64,000 nt of DNA from Callorhinchus milii (taxonomy: Eukaryota). Positions 38,588 through 49,688 of this stretch are shown piece after piece. Position numbers and translations under genes: made by a program. Within the stretch, counting starts at the first letter, position 1. Each line of letters starts with the position of its first letter. The DNA lies in the NCBI RefSeq assembly GCF_018977255.1, contig NW_024704763.1:7626001-7690000 (forward strand). Reading direction: 5' to 3'. Under the pieces are notes generated by a model. It had not been told where the DNA came from and did no database searches. It saw only the letters and a program-made list of their open reading frames with translations.

Positions 38588-39008
38588 AAAGCCCTCCACG
38601 GTCTTGCTAACCCTAACCCTAACCCTAACCCCTTACCTATGACCTTGTAACCTCCTACCAACCTGTCTGCACCCACTGCTCACAGGGCTCTGGCCTGCTT
38701 CACGAACCCCACCTTGTCCGCCCTACCATTGGTGGACGGGCCTTCAGCCTCTCTCCCCCCACCTTCTGGAATTCCAACTCACAGTCCCTCCCCCTCGCCC
38801 CCTCCGTTGCCTCCTTCAAGACCCATCTAAAGACTCTCCTCTTTGCCGTGCCTTCCATCACCCTCCTACCCCTATCCTCCCCGCCCTCCACCTTCCTGAT
38901 CCCAACCACCAGCTTGATGGCGGATCCCTGACTGTCCAGCTTCTTGGTAACATGCTATTGACGTGAAAGGTTCTTCACAAATGTAATTTGTTGTTGTTTC
39001 TTGTTGTA
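38588..39008 (+). mobile_element. L2 LINE 3' fragment. Others near 9630-9850, 24876-25197, 27001-27107, 33209-33392, 41837-42170, 42838-43190, 47996-48128, 63745-63991
   Basis: Same ORF2 end and 3' UTR motifs; the fragment at 33209 carries a 46-bp tandem duplication. Confidence 0.8.
38607..38630. repeat. (CTAACC)4 interstitial telomere-type repeat
   Basis: Four perfect units, the complement of TTAGGG. Confidence 0.85.
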
Positions 39009-39410
39009 TCAAATGCAAGGACTATCATTATTTAATCACTCAAGGAGCTGAGATGGAGATCAGACAATCTAAATCACAGGGGATTCAATAGTTAGAGACA
39101 AGATAGCTGGGAGCAGTGAACACTGTACTACATCCCACGGAAACACACAGAAAGGAGTGGGTGGAACAATACCTCGAAGGGGAAGGTTCACCAAAACAAT
39201 GAAGGCAATGCAAAGCTTACATTTGGCTTCGCTTACTTCTCAACCCCCAGCACCCACTTGCTTGCCAAACACTCTTGCATGAAAACATGGCATCTATTAA
39301 AACGCAGATCGCTAAAACCAGCAAACTGTACATTGCTGACCCAATTTCCCATCATAAACACACTGAGTCAGAGATGAACCTCAAACATCCTGGGTTGGGG
39401 GAAAAGACCT

Positions 39411-39778
39411 TGGAGTCCCGTAGCGTAGTGGTTAGCACACTCGCCTTGCAAGCGAGAGGACCTGGGTTTGATTCCCGTGAAGGGTGATACCAAGGGCAAG
39501 TTTTCTTACTCGACACACCTCTATTTACCTAGCGGTAAGAAAGAACCCGATTGTTAGTCAATTGGTGGATCACTTTTTGGGGGTAATATTCTCTTCAAAA
39601 AAAATGTAGTCACTAAATCCATAACTGTGTGTGGGACACCACTGTGCCCAATTGACTGCCACTTTCACCCACAAAATAAACAATCAATTCACTTTGAGGT
39701 ATATTCTCTGAAGCACTTTGGGACGCCTCAACAGAGTGAAAAGGTGCTGTATCAAACTCAAGGATTATTATTATTATT
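39411..39778 (+). mobile_element. SINE family A, full length (Val-like D-arm variant)
   Basis: GAGTCCCGTAGCGTAGTGGTTAGCAC head; body; tail. Confidence 0.85.
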
Positions 39779-40259
39779 GGTTATTAAAGCCAGAGCTGCT
39801 CTGTGAGAAATGCCGTCCTTTGGATGAGACATTAAACCAAGGTCTTGTCTGCCTGTTCAGGTGGACGGTAAAGAATCCCACGCTATTCGAAAAGAGAAGG
39901 GAGTTTCTCTCTGCTGCTGTCCTGGCCAACAGTCTCCCAGATAAGATTGGTCATTCACTTTGTGGCTATTTGTGGAACACTGCTGCGGGTAAATTGGCTG
40001 CTGCATTTGCCCTACNAAAAAAAACACACTACACTGAGACTAAATCCAATAAAGTGCCTCAAGACAAGCTTCTGATGTCAAAGGCCCTATATCAAACGCA
40101 AGGTTTATTCTTATTACAAAATACCCGAGTAAATATTGAAGCCATTAACCCAGTGACAGTGCTTCCATTGTCTGGAGGTAAAGAAGGGTTGAGCTCTTTT
40201 TAATCTTTGTTCTAAGGACAAAGTGCCAAGCGAGAGGTTCAGAGCTCTGCTTTCTTCAG

Positions 40260-40623
40260 AGAGCACTGCGAGAGGACCTGTGTTCGATTCCTGGCAGGAC
40301 GAAACATTGGGCATTTCCTTACTCCAAACACCTCTGTTTACTGCTAGTTAGCAGTAAATAGGAACCCAGTTGGTAGTCGATAGGCGAATCGCTTTCTGGG
40401 GATAATAATCCCTTTAAAAATAATAATTAAAAAATCAATTGGTCACTGAATGTGTGACTGCTTGTGAAAAACAATAAAAAAAATACTGTGCGCAATTGGT
40501 TGCTGCGTTTCGCCCACAAAATATAGTCAATTCACTTTACAATTTATTCTGTGAAGTGCCTTGAGACGTCTCGAAGACGTGATAAAGCACTATATCAAAT
40601 GCAAGGATTATTATTATTATTAT
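40260..40623 (+). mobile_element. SINE family A, 5'-eroded
   Basis: B-box, body and tail recognisable. Confidence 0.8.
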
Positions 40624-43600
40624 CTTGAGAGGTGCTCTGTTAGCTTGCCTTGAAGCAACGTTTTATTGTTTCTCAATTGACATCCAAGGGAGATTGTGAT
40701 AAGATTTCGGAATGAATTGAAACCTTGCCTTCCACTGCCACCGGTCCTGAATTCTATTCTTCTATAAGGTGTGCATCACAAACCAAAAGAGAAATGACAA
40801 AATGTCCCGATGGAATAAAGCAGGCAGAGGCAGTGAAAGTGAGAGGTTTGCGGTTCCAACCACCCATTAAAATGTTTTTTCATTAAAAAAGAATCTGAAG
40901 CTTTCAGGTTATAATAACAAGCAGTGATTTTGATATAGTGGCTTATCATGTCATTGAGACGTCTCAAAGTACCTCATAGAATATAGACTGTAAAGTCGTG
41001 CGACTGTGTGTATTTTGAGGGCGAGTTTGTTAGTATCCCAGGTAAAACCTTGAAAATACACTGTCAACAACAACGACAACTTGCATTTATATAGTGCTCT
41101 TATACAGTGGAGTAGCGTCCTGGAGTACTTGACAGTGGCGGAGTCTAGTCCTAAGCCAGGGGGAGACGGAGAAGGGAGGTGACCATAAGCACAATCAAAA
41201 AGGAAGATTTTTAGGTGGGATTGGAAGATTGAGGGAGAGAGTTCTAGAGTTTCAGGGCCTAGTGGCTGAAGGCACTTCTCGCAAGCGTCTCACTTCTTGG
41301 CCAGTTGGACCAGCATATCGGTTAGGAGTCGATAGGGAAAAATCTCTGCCCCAATGACTGGTCTGCTCTTGACGCTACCCGCGTGAAGGGCACTATATAA
41401 ATGCAAGTTGTTGTTGCTCCTCCGTGTTCTGCTCGGGAACTGAGCTATCAAGACCACCACAGAGGTACAACTGGATTCTGATATTCTGTTGACAGGCACC
41501 TCACTTTGGAGCTAACTCAAAACCAGGCACCTTACCACCACCACCACCACCACCTCCTCTCCCACCCCAGGTGACAGTCATTGAAGTAAAACCTTCATTA
41601 ATATAGAGCTCCAATATTGAAGAGGCATAGAGATCCTTCAGATGACTCAATAATATTTAACTTCTGGAGCTCCCTCCCTCTATTAGACCATCTCGCACAC
41701 CCGACCCCCACCTCTTCCCTTTAAGTTCTGCCTCAAATCGTACCTCTTTGAATGTGCCTACAAATACCTTCTTGCTTAGCGTTCCAACCCCATTCCTGTG
41801 AACCCTCTCAGACATTACCCAGAGTGAAGGGCACTAACAACAACAACAACAGAATGACATTTATATAGCCCTTTCACACCGGAAGAACGTCCCAAGATGC
41901 TGGACAGTTAAAGGTTTGGACCCTAGCTGGGTGTTGGAATCAAGAGGTATGGCGGGTAGGGGGTGGGTAGGTGGGTAGCTGAAAACATGATTAGAAAGGA
42001 AGGTCTTGAGAAGGGACTTGAAGGAGGCAAAGGAGGGGTCGAGGCGAAGGGATTCTGGTTGGAGTTCCAGAGCGAGAGGCCAAAAAGCTGAAGGCCCGAC
42101 CATCAATGGTGGAGGGGTAGAGCGGAGATTATGAAGCAGGCCAGTGCCCGCTCAGCAGAAGGAGAAGACAGGTTGGTATGGTAACTAACTATATAAATGC
42201 AAGATTCTGTGGTTCTAATCAAAGGCACAGCCTGATTTGTTGGGTGCCGTCGGTATGACTGTTGATTAGACCTGAGGTAGAAAGAAGATTGTCACACCAG
42301 TGCACCCAGTCTGAGCACTTTAATTACCAAATAGTAATCAGATGTTTCTTTGTCCTTAACTGTTCCCTGGGTGCTGAGCAGGAGGTAACTATACCTCAGG
42401 GTCTGTGGGAGATTTCTCGGCTTCTAATGGAATCTGTTGTCGAGTGATGTAAATCCCACACCTGTTCAGTACATCTCTATGTAGATAGGATGCAAGGAAA
42501 GTGAAGCATATTATTTTTGGGGTCAGTCAAGCGTCTGATACAAACAGAAACCCATGTACTTATGAGTCTCCAAACTGAACTAATAAGAGTTCTAAATACC
42601 TATGAAAATTTTAGGAACTGGTTGGCGAGAGGCAAGGAATGAGATTCCCGGAGTTCGGGAGAAAGTGTAAAAAAAAATGCATGAATCTCTTGTCACATTG
42701 GCTGAATAACATTATATGGTGGTGGCTTTTTTTTGCTGCTGTCAGCAAAGGGATATATCAAGGTCTTGCCTTTCAGATGAAATGCAAAACCAAGGTCCAA
42801 CCTCCCTGCTCAACCTCCCAGTGTCTGGGTCAACATAAATAACAACAACAACAAAATGTATTTATATAGCGCCTTTCATGTCGGGAGGACGTCCGAAAGT
42901 GCTGGATAATGAGGGGTTGGCACCTGAGTTGTAGGTTGGGATCAGAGAGGAGTTGAGGGCAAGTGGGGTGGAGGAAGGAAGATGACAGCAGGCAGGATCA
43001 AAAAGGAAGGTTCTTGAGATGGGCCTTGAAGGAGGCAAGAGAGGGAGCAGGGCATAGGGACTCTGGGATGGAGTTACAGAGGGTGGAGGCAGAAAGTTGA
43101 AGGCCTCACCACTGATAATGGATAAGGCAAGGCGAGAGCGTGGAGCGGAGGGAGCAGACAGGTCGGTGAAGGAGCACGACCGTGGAGGGGCTTTAAACGT
43201 TCCCTGGACGTGAAAGACCCCATTTGATAAGAGATGGGAGTTTCTTCCAGTGTCTGGGCCAACAATCCCGCAGGTAAATTGGTCACTCACTTTACGGCCT
43301 TTAGCGGGACAGTGCTGCGGGCAAATTGGCTGCCGCACTCGCTTACAAAATAAAGAGTCACTCCACTTTACAGCTGACCCTGCACAAAGTCCTTTGAGAC
43401 GTCCTCCTGACGTGAAAGGTGTTGTATCAAACAGGAGGCTTATTACACATGGAACAGAGTTTGCGGAAAGCTGTCAGATACAGGGTGGTCACTCTATTCA
43501 AGGATTCCGGCTACAGTAGCGAGGAGGAATAAAATGCTCGGGTTATTATTATTGTAATAAAATAAGCGACACAAGATGATGCAGCGATATGTGATGAAAA

Positions 43601-43903
43601 ATGTTATATATTACAGCAGGGAGTTGAAATTAATCATGTCTGGAAATATTAAACCCATTTGTTAATACCACACCTGACTGCAATTATAGTGGTTGTTGTC
43701 TTTTCTCCCCAAACTCTGCTTGATTCTCTAACTAAGATAATTAACTTGTGTCGCTATGGTTACCCCAGAGTTAAATCAAAGCTTAATAGCGTGGTTATAC
43801 AGTAAATAATTGCACCAGCAGAATTGCATAATATCTCATTCAAACTATTACAGAATTCACGATCTTTTAGCTTCTTTTAATAAGGGACCTTGTGAATGTG
43901 TTT

Positions 43904-44125
43904 GTCAGCCTGGCTCAGTTTGTAGCACTCTCTCGCCTCTGAATGAGAAGATTGTGCGTTTAAGCCACTCGTATAGTATAGGCTGATACTCCAATGCGGT
44001 GCTGGGGCAGTGCTGCATTGTTGGAGGTGCCTTTCTCCGATTCGAGGGGACATTAAATCGAGGTTCAGGTGGTTGTTAAAGATCCCACGGCCCCTATTCG
44101 AAAAGCACAAGGGAATTTCTCTGTG
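43904..44125 (+). mobile_element. DeuSINE-like family B, 3'-truncated
   Basis: GTCAGCCTGGCTCAGTTTGTAGCACTCTC head plus Deu domain. Confidence 0.8.
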
Positions 44126-47100
44126 TGCCATGATTAGGGAAACAGGAACCCATTTGATTAAAGTACTACACATCAGCTCCACCAAGATGTCATCCTCTAA
44201 ACAACGCGTTTTAGGAATCTTGTCACCGTGCAGTTAATTAAACCGTTGGCAAGTGGGGATGAAGGATTTGGGAAAAACTACACTTTCCTTTCTCTACCCT
44301 CGGTTTCATCAGCAATCGTATACCCTGCCTAATGGGTTGGGTGGTCCGAGCTAGGCAAGCAGCAGGAAGCTTCTCAGTCAGTGCTCTCAATGGCTAGCTA
44401 TTGCATTTTTAGTTGCTTGAACCCCATCCCAGTTCTCACCAACGCACACTCTGGGGTCCCCCAAAGCCTGGGTTCTTGCCCATCAGCGTCTAATAGTTTT
44501 CAGGATTCAGTGAGCAGGATGTGCGTGTGTCTCCTGGGTGAAAGAGAGAGAGAGAGAGAGGACTCCCTTCTGGGAATAGGGAAATTTCCACGGAATAGGT
44601 AGAACTCCTAGTCTGGTTTGGAGCAAGGTGATGGGTTTGGGAGTGTGTCAGACACACACACCACATAAAAAGAATTTGTGCGATTTAGCAAAGTAGGAAT
44701 CCAGAACATGTAGGATGGGCATTATTCTCTGAATGCAAATGAACAAACCAATATAATCTCATAGCTCTATTTGCTCTGGCACTGCAATGTTGTTGAGATA
44801 TATTTGGGGCTATCAGATCAGCTTCTGATCTATGAATGTCCACAGTGCAGTATACACTGGCTTTAATTTGACACTGATGGAGGTCTACTGGTGCGCTGGC
44901 TGGCTGTTCCACTGAACAGGAGCGTTGCAAGAACACACCGTTTGTGTACAGATGTTTTATACTGCTTTGTTCATTGCCATTAAGAGAAAGATCCACACTG
45001 CACCAAGTTCGCTGACAAACTCCAGTCACTGCACTTCACAGTAAAAATCCTGGGAAGCGCTTTCAGACATCTCAACGACATGATAAGGCACAATATCAAA
45101 TGCAAGAATCATTATTATTATTATTATACGTCATTTAAACAACAGCTTGATGTTGTGATGAGCAGGCGGTAGGGCTGCTATTCCGGACAAACAAGATCAA
45201 AGGGCTTTCTTGATCCAAACTGATATAGGAATTGTTCACAGCATCCCACAGCCTGTCTGCAAACGTAATGTAACAAAGACTGTGGATGTGACTGAGATTC
45301 CACATGCAAAGGTTGAGTACAATTGGCTCTGAGCCTGATCAGCTTGGGAAGAACCCTGGCATCACTGATACACAGTGCTCCACACACCCACACATGACTT
45401 TTAATTCCCTGACTGCATCTGCACCGTGGCTTAGTAAGCTGCCAAACCTATGCATCAAATGCAAAGCAGAGCTCTCCTATGGTAACCATGGCAATTGCTT
45501 CTCAAACACATTTTTTTAAAAAAGGATATCACCCTCAATCACCGCATCGGGTCTGGAGACTCACACCGTCCAGGCTGAAGCTCCAATACAGGGCTTGGAG
45601 AAGCCATTGGGATTTCCGATCCTGTAGTTCGAAATATCACCCGACAATCTAAAATGGTGCAATAATTCTTTTATAAGACAGCGAGCTTAACAGTGTGTAA
45701 AGAAGAGCATACCACCGGTTAATCTGCGGAGAACAAAAGTGGAAGAAGATTTCTTGGCTGTCGTCCCGCTCTTGCCCTGGTTTCTCTGGTGTGAAAAATC
45801 TTGCTTCCCTCCTGCCAGTCAGGTCAACTGACTTCTCTCTCTTTCTCTCCACTAATTATACCCCTTTCCGAACTCTTGCCAGATACCTTTACCCCCCTTA
45901 CCACCCGTCCTGCACGTACTCATCCTAATCAATCATTGGCCTGGCGCCAGCCCGACCGGTATTGATAAAGTGAGTCTCCATTGTCTTTTCTATTCCTTAT
46001 CTTCCTAGACCTAACACATGATGTTTTGCAGACCTTTCCTCCAAGTCTAGCTGGTACCCAAGGTTACAATAATACTTAGCAAAGTGCATCTGGAGAGAGT
46101 GGAGATAACGGGTACCATGGTTCCAGCCTGTGCCACATTCTATTAGTAAAAAAGCTAATTTATCGTCCATTTTTACCTGTTAGTACAATTAATTAAACAT
46201 CTCTTAAAATGAATATATATATATAAAAACTTGTTCTATTCTAAATGATTATAGGGGAATCCCTATATCCCAATAAAGTGTTGTATTGTCGGGAATCAGA
46301 TCAGTCGTCCTTCAGATGTTCAGAGACATTAAACCCAGGTCCTATCTATGCCTGTTCAAGTGAGAGTTAAAGATCCCACGGCACTATTCGAAAAGAGAAG
46401 GGAGTTTCTCTCTCTCCCGGTGTCCTGGCCGACAATCCCCCAAATAAAACTGGTCACCCATTTCATGACCGTTTGTGTGACATTGCTGTGTGCAAGTTGG
46501 TTACCCTGTTCTCCTTCGAAATACAGAGTCACTGCACTTTACAGTATATCCTGTGTGAAAGACTTTGAGAAATAATAAGGTCCTGCATCAAATGCAAGAT
46601 TATTATAAGCAGCTTGGACTACCTTACCCGTTAGGGCTTTGACTTGCAAGATTAATGGGAGCAGCTGAGTGGGAGAATTCCCTGCCCCCAGTGACTGGTC
46701 TATCCTTCCAAGTCCTGCCGATGAGCCAGGCTGGGCTGTGCTGTCGTCAGCGGTGTCCTGGAATACTGCAGACCTGCCTGGCTCAGGAACTGGACTACCA
46801 AGACCGCCACTGAGGGTGGGCTCAATTCCACATTCCGTTGCCAAACATGTCACCTCGGAAGCCATATCAACTCCAAGGAATCCCCACTTACCTNCCCCCC
46901 ACCCAAGAAGGATAATCATTAGTTGGTTGTTTGATATCCAACAAGCCCTCAATAGCGGGATGCTAGGTACCAGGAACTCCCCGCAAGTTTCTTGGTGGGC
47001 AACACAGCTCAGTGTGAAATGAATGAGAGCACGGGCTAACATGGCACCATGTGGAGAAATTTCTTGAAAGGTTGTGTTTCCCAATTTCTTTAGATTTTAC

Positions 47101-47353
47101 TGAACTCTCTTCCCAAGAAAGCAAACAGTTGCAGAAATAGGAATCTGAGCGAGACGGGCATCATTATATTGATCACAAAATACACAGGCAATCCACTTTA
47201 CAATATATTCTGTGAAGCGTTTTGAGACGTCTCGAAGACATGATAAGGCGCTGTACGAAATGCACAGAATATTATTATCATCGTCATCATCATTAAGAAT
47301 GTAGCTTGACCCTCCTGTCTCACCTCGTCTGGTCTGTGCTTCTCTCTACTCAG

Positions 47354-47488
47354 GGCAGCACCTACGATTCCCTGCTGTGGCCTTGTGGTTGACAATTGGC
47401 CTCTCTATCTGTCTGCTGGGACTTCTTGGGGCTCTCGGCTACGTGTGCAGACGGAAAATCCAACAGAGTTGCAAAGAAGACAATGCAG
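47354..47488 (+). CDS. CD276: CD276 transmembrane exon (135 nt, phase 1-1); too short for the ORF track
   Basis: Pyrimidine tract and CAG ending 47353, donor G|GTGGGT at 47489. Manual translation GQHLRFPAVALWLTIGLSICLLGLLGALGYVCRRKIQQSCKEDNA vs human GQPMTFPPEALWVTVGLSVCLIALLVALAFVCWRKIKQSCEEENA. Confidence 0.95.
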
Positions 47489-48659
47489 GTGGGTTTGAGC
47501 TTTGAGTGCGATGCTGCAATTTTTGTTGGGTCTCACATCATCAGCCCTTATGCTAACGCTTATTAGCTGAAGGGCACCCCCAAAAAGGTCAACACATTAA
47601 CCCCCACAGTTTTACAGGATATTCTGAGCTCCATTATTCAGGCTCTGTGGGTAAGCTTTCAGCACTTGGTGCTTTCAAGTCAGCAGGATAATGAATTAAT
47701 CTGATTAATGTGCATTTCTCTCCTGTGAAGTTACTGAATGTCCTGACATCATGGGCAGTGTTAGAGAAGGATTAAATGCTTATTGATACACACAACAGGG
47801 TGTTAAAATAAAACGAAGTGCTCTAAAGGTTTTTTTTATCTGAGTGGTGGAGTGGGAGTGGGGAGAGTGTTTAACACTAATTACGAATCAAACGAAGGAG
47901 CCGCAGGTATGATCGATCCACAGATCATCTGCAGAGGTAAGACTGACCATAAAACCAGTACAACACTGCCCAGTAAACTGTAAGTTTAACAGTTCATCTG
48001 CCCTCCCTCATCCCAACTTTGCCCCCCTCCCACGCTCGGGTCCTGATCCCCGACTGTTCAGCGCCTTAGGACGTCCTCCCGACGTGAAAGGGGCTTTTAC
48101 AAGTGTAATTTTGTAGTTTTTGTTGTCGTCGTAAGTGAGCTGCTGACAGAATGATTTGATGCAATGCTGGACTTCTGTGGTTATCGGACGTAGATTGTAC
48201 TGGGGTCATTGATTTTACTTTAACTGAGGTCCCTTAGCTATTCAAAAAGAGAAGGGAGTTTCTCTCTCCCTGGCCCTGGCCAGCAACCACTCAAGTAAAA
48301 TTGGTCACTCGCTCCATGGCTGTTTGTGGGACATTCCTTTGCACGACCGGTGGCTGCATTTTGCCCACCAAATACATGGTCATCCCATTTTACAGTATAT
48401 CCTGTGAAACGCTTTGAGATGTCTCAACGATGTGATAACGCGCCATACCAAATGCAAAGATTATTATTATTAACAATGAAATCAGTTTTCCGTAGTTCTT
48501 GAAAGCAATAAATATACTTAACACATTGACAAATTATGGACGGATGCTCTGAAATTTTACATCAAAACAGCAAATCTAGACTCAGGTATAATTTCTACCC
48601 AATAGCATTTGATTGAAGGACTTTCAGTTGAAAAAAAACCTTTGAATAGCCGGAAAAGA

Positions 48660-49030
48660 GAAGATTGAGAGGCGACATAATTGCTGTCTAAGATTCTAAA
48701 GGGCAAGACAATCTAGATCATGACAGGCTACTTCAACTTGTCCAGAATAGTAAAACCAGAGGACACGGCCTGAGATTGAACAGGGGAAATTCAAAACTAA
48801 TCTACCCAAACACTATTTCAGTGAGGGAATAGTGAACCAGTGGAACAGGCTCCCTAGGGAGACGATTGAAGCAGGAAATGTTGATTCTTTCAAACACAGA
48901 TTAGATAGTTTTTATTATGGGATATAGTACATAGGGAGTTTGGGACATATGTGCATGCGACCGCCGGGGAGGTGGAAGGCGAACTAGATGGACCTTGTTT
49001 TTTTTTCGTCTAGGATTTATGTTCTTATGA
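48660..49030 (+). mobile_element. Decayed CR1 3' fragment with 3' UTR. Other CR1 pieces near 865-1060(-), 1975-2225(-), 17365-17515(-), 30272-30440(-), 49286-49410(-), 56800-56998(-), 63322-63428(-)
   Basis: RGDII...KTRGHGLRL...WNRLPRE...DSFKHRLD; 3' ends of ATAGAATCATAGAA / CACAGAAGGAGGCCATTCGG type. Confidence 0.8.
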
Positions 49031-49420
49031 TCTTAGTAGCTATTCCTTTTGTTTTGGGCTTAAGAGTATCCGAACCAGACTGAGAGGTTCACATGTGAAT
49101 GCCACTTGGAAATAGACATTTCTGTTTCTGGAATGGAATGTGTACTCTCTCCTCGGAGGGACACATACTGCCTTCCTAATGCCAGAGAATATGCAGAGCA
49201 GATTGATAATGTCAAGGCTTAACCTCAGAGTGTAATTTGGGGTAAACGCTGGAGTTTATCCTGTTAAAACCGTATAATTGCATAAAATCATAGAATATTA
49301 CAGACCAAGAGGAGGCCATTCGGCCCATCATGCCTGTGCCAGGTCTTTGGAAGAGTTACCCAATCAGTCCCACTCCCCCTCTCTTCCCCATATCCTTGCA
49401 AACTTAATTTGCCATTGGTT

Positions 49421-49688
49421 TTGCTGCCTGGCAAGCTTCCCATCATTTGTCCTGCTAGGACCACCCTACCCGTTTGGGCTTTGGCTTGCAGGGTTAACAG
49501 GAGATGAGTGGGAGTATTCTCTTCCCTCCAAGCCCTGTCAATGAGCCAGGCTGGCTGGTCTATCACCAGGAGTGCCTTGGAGTACTGCAGACCTGTCTGC
49601 TCAGGAACCAGACTACCGAGACCGCCACAGAATTTGTGCTTGATTTCAACATTCTGTTGACAAGCACATCACCTTCGAGCTAGCTCAA
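49421..49688 (-). mobile_element. Old dispersed repeat family C, LF-SINE-like. Other copies at 41300-41520(-), 46610-46865(-), 60525-60660(-), 44300-44375(+), possibly 4590-4690(+)
   Basis: Copies share CTGCAGACCTGYCTGSCTCAGGAACYRGACTACCRAGACCRCCAC and CCCTACCCGTTWGGGC. The LF-SINE link rests on recalled consensus motifs. Confidence 0.6.

Noticed and set aside
42271-42400. TGAGGTAG (let-7 5' end) with a distant complement TACCTCAGG
   Set aside because: Only 8 nt match let-7, the arms pair poorly and the loop is far too long for a pre-miRNA.
40016-46894. Single N bases at 40016 and 46894
   Set aside because: Assembly ambiguities next to homopolymers, not biology.
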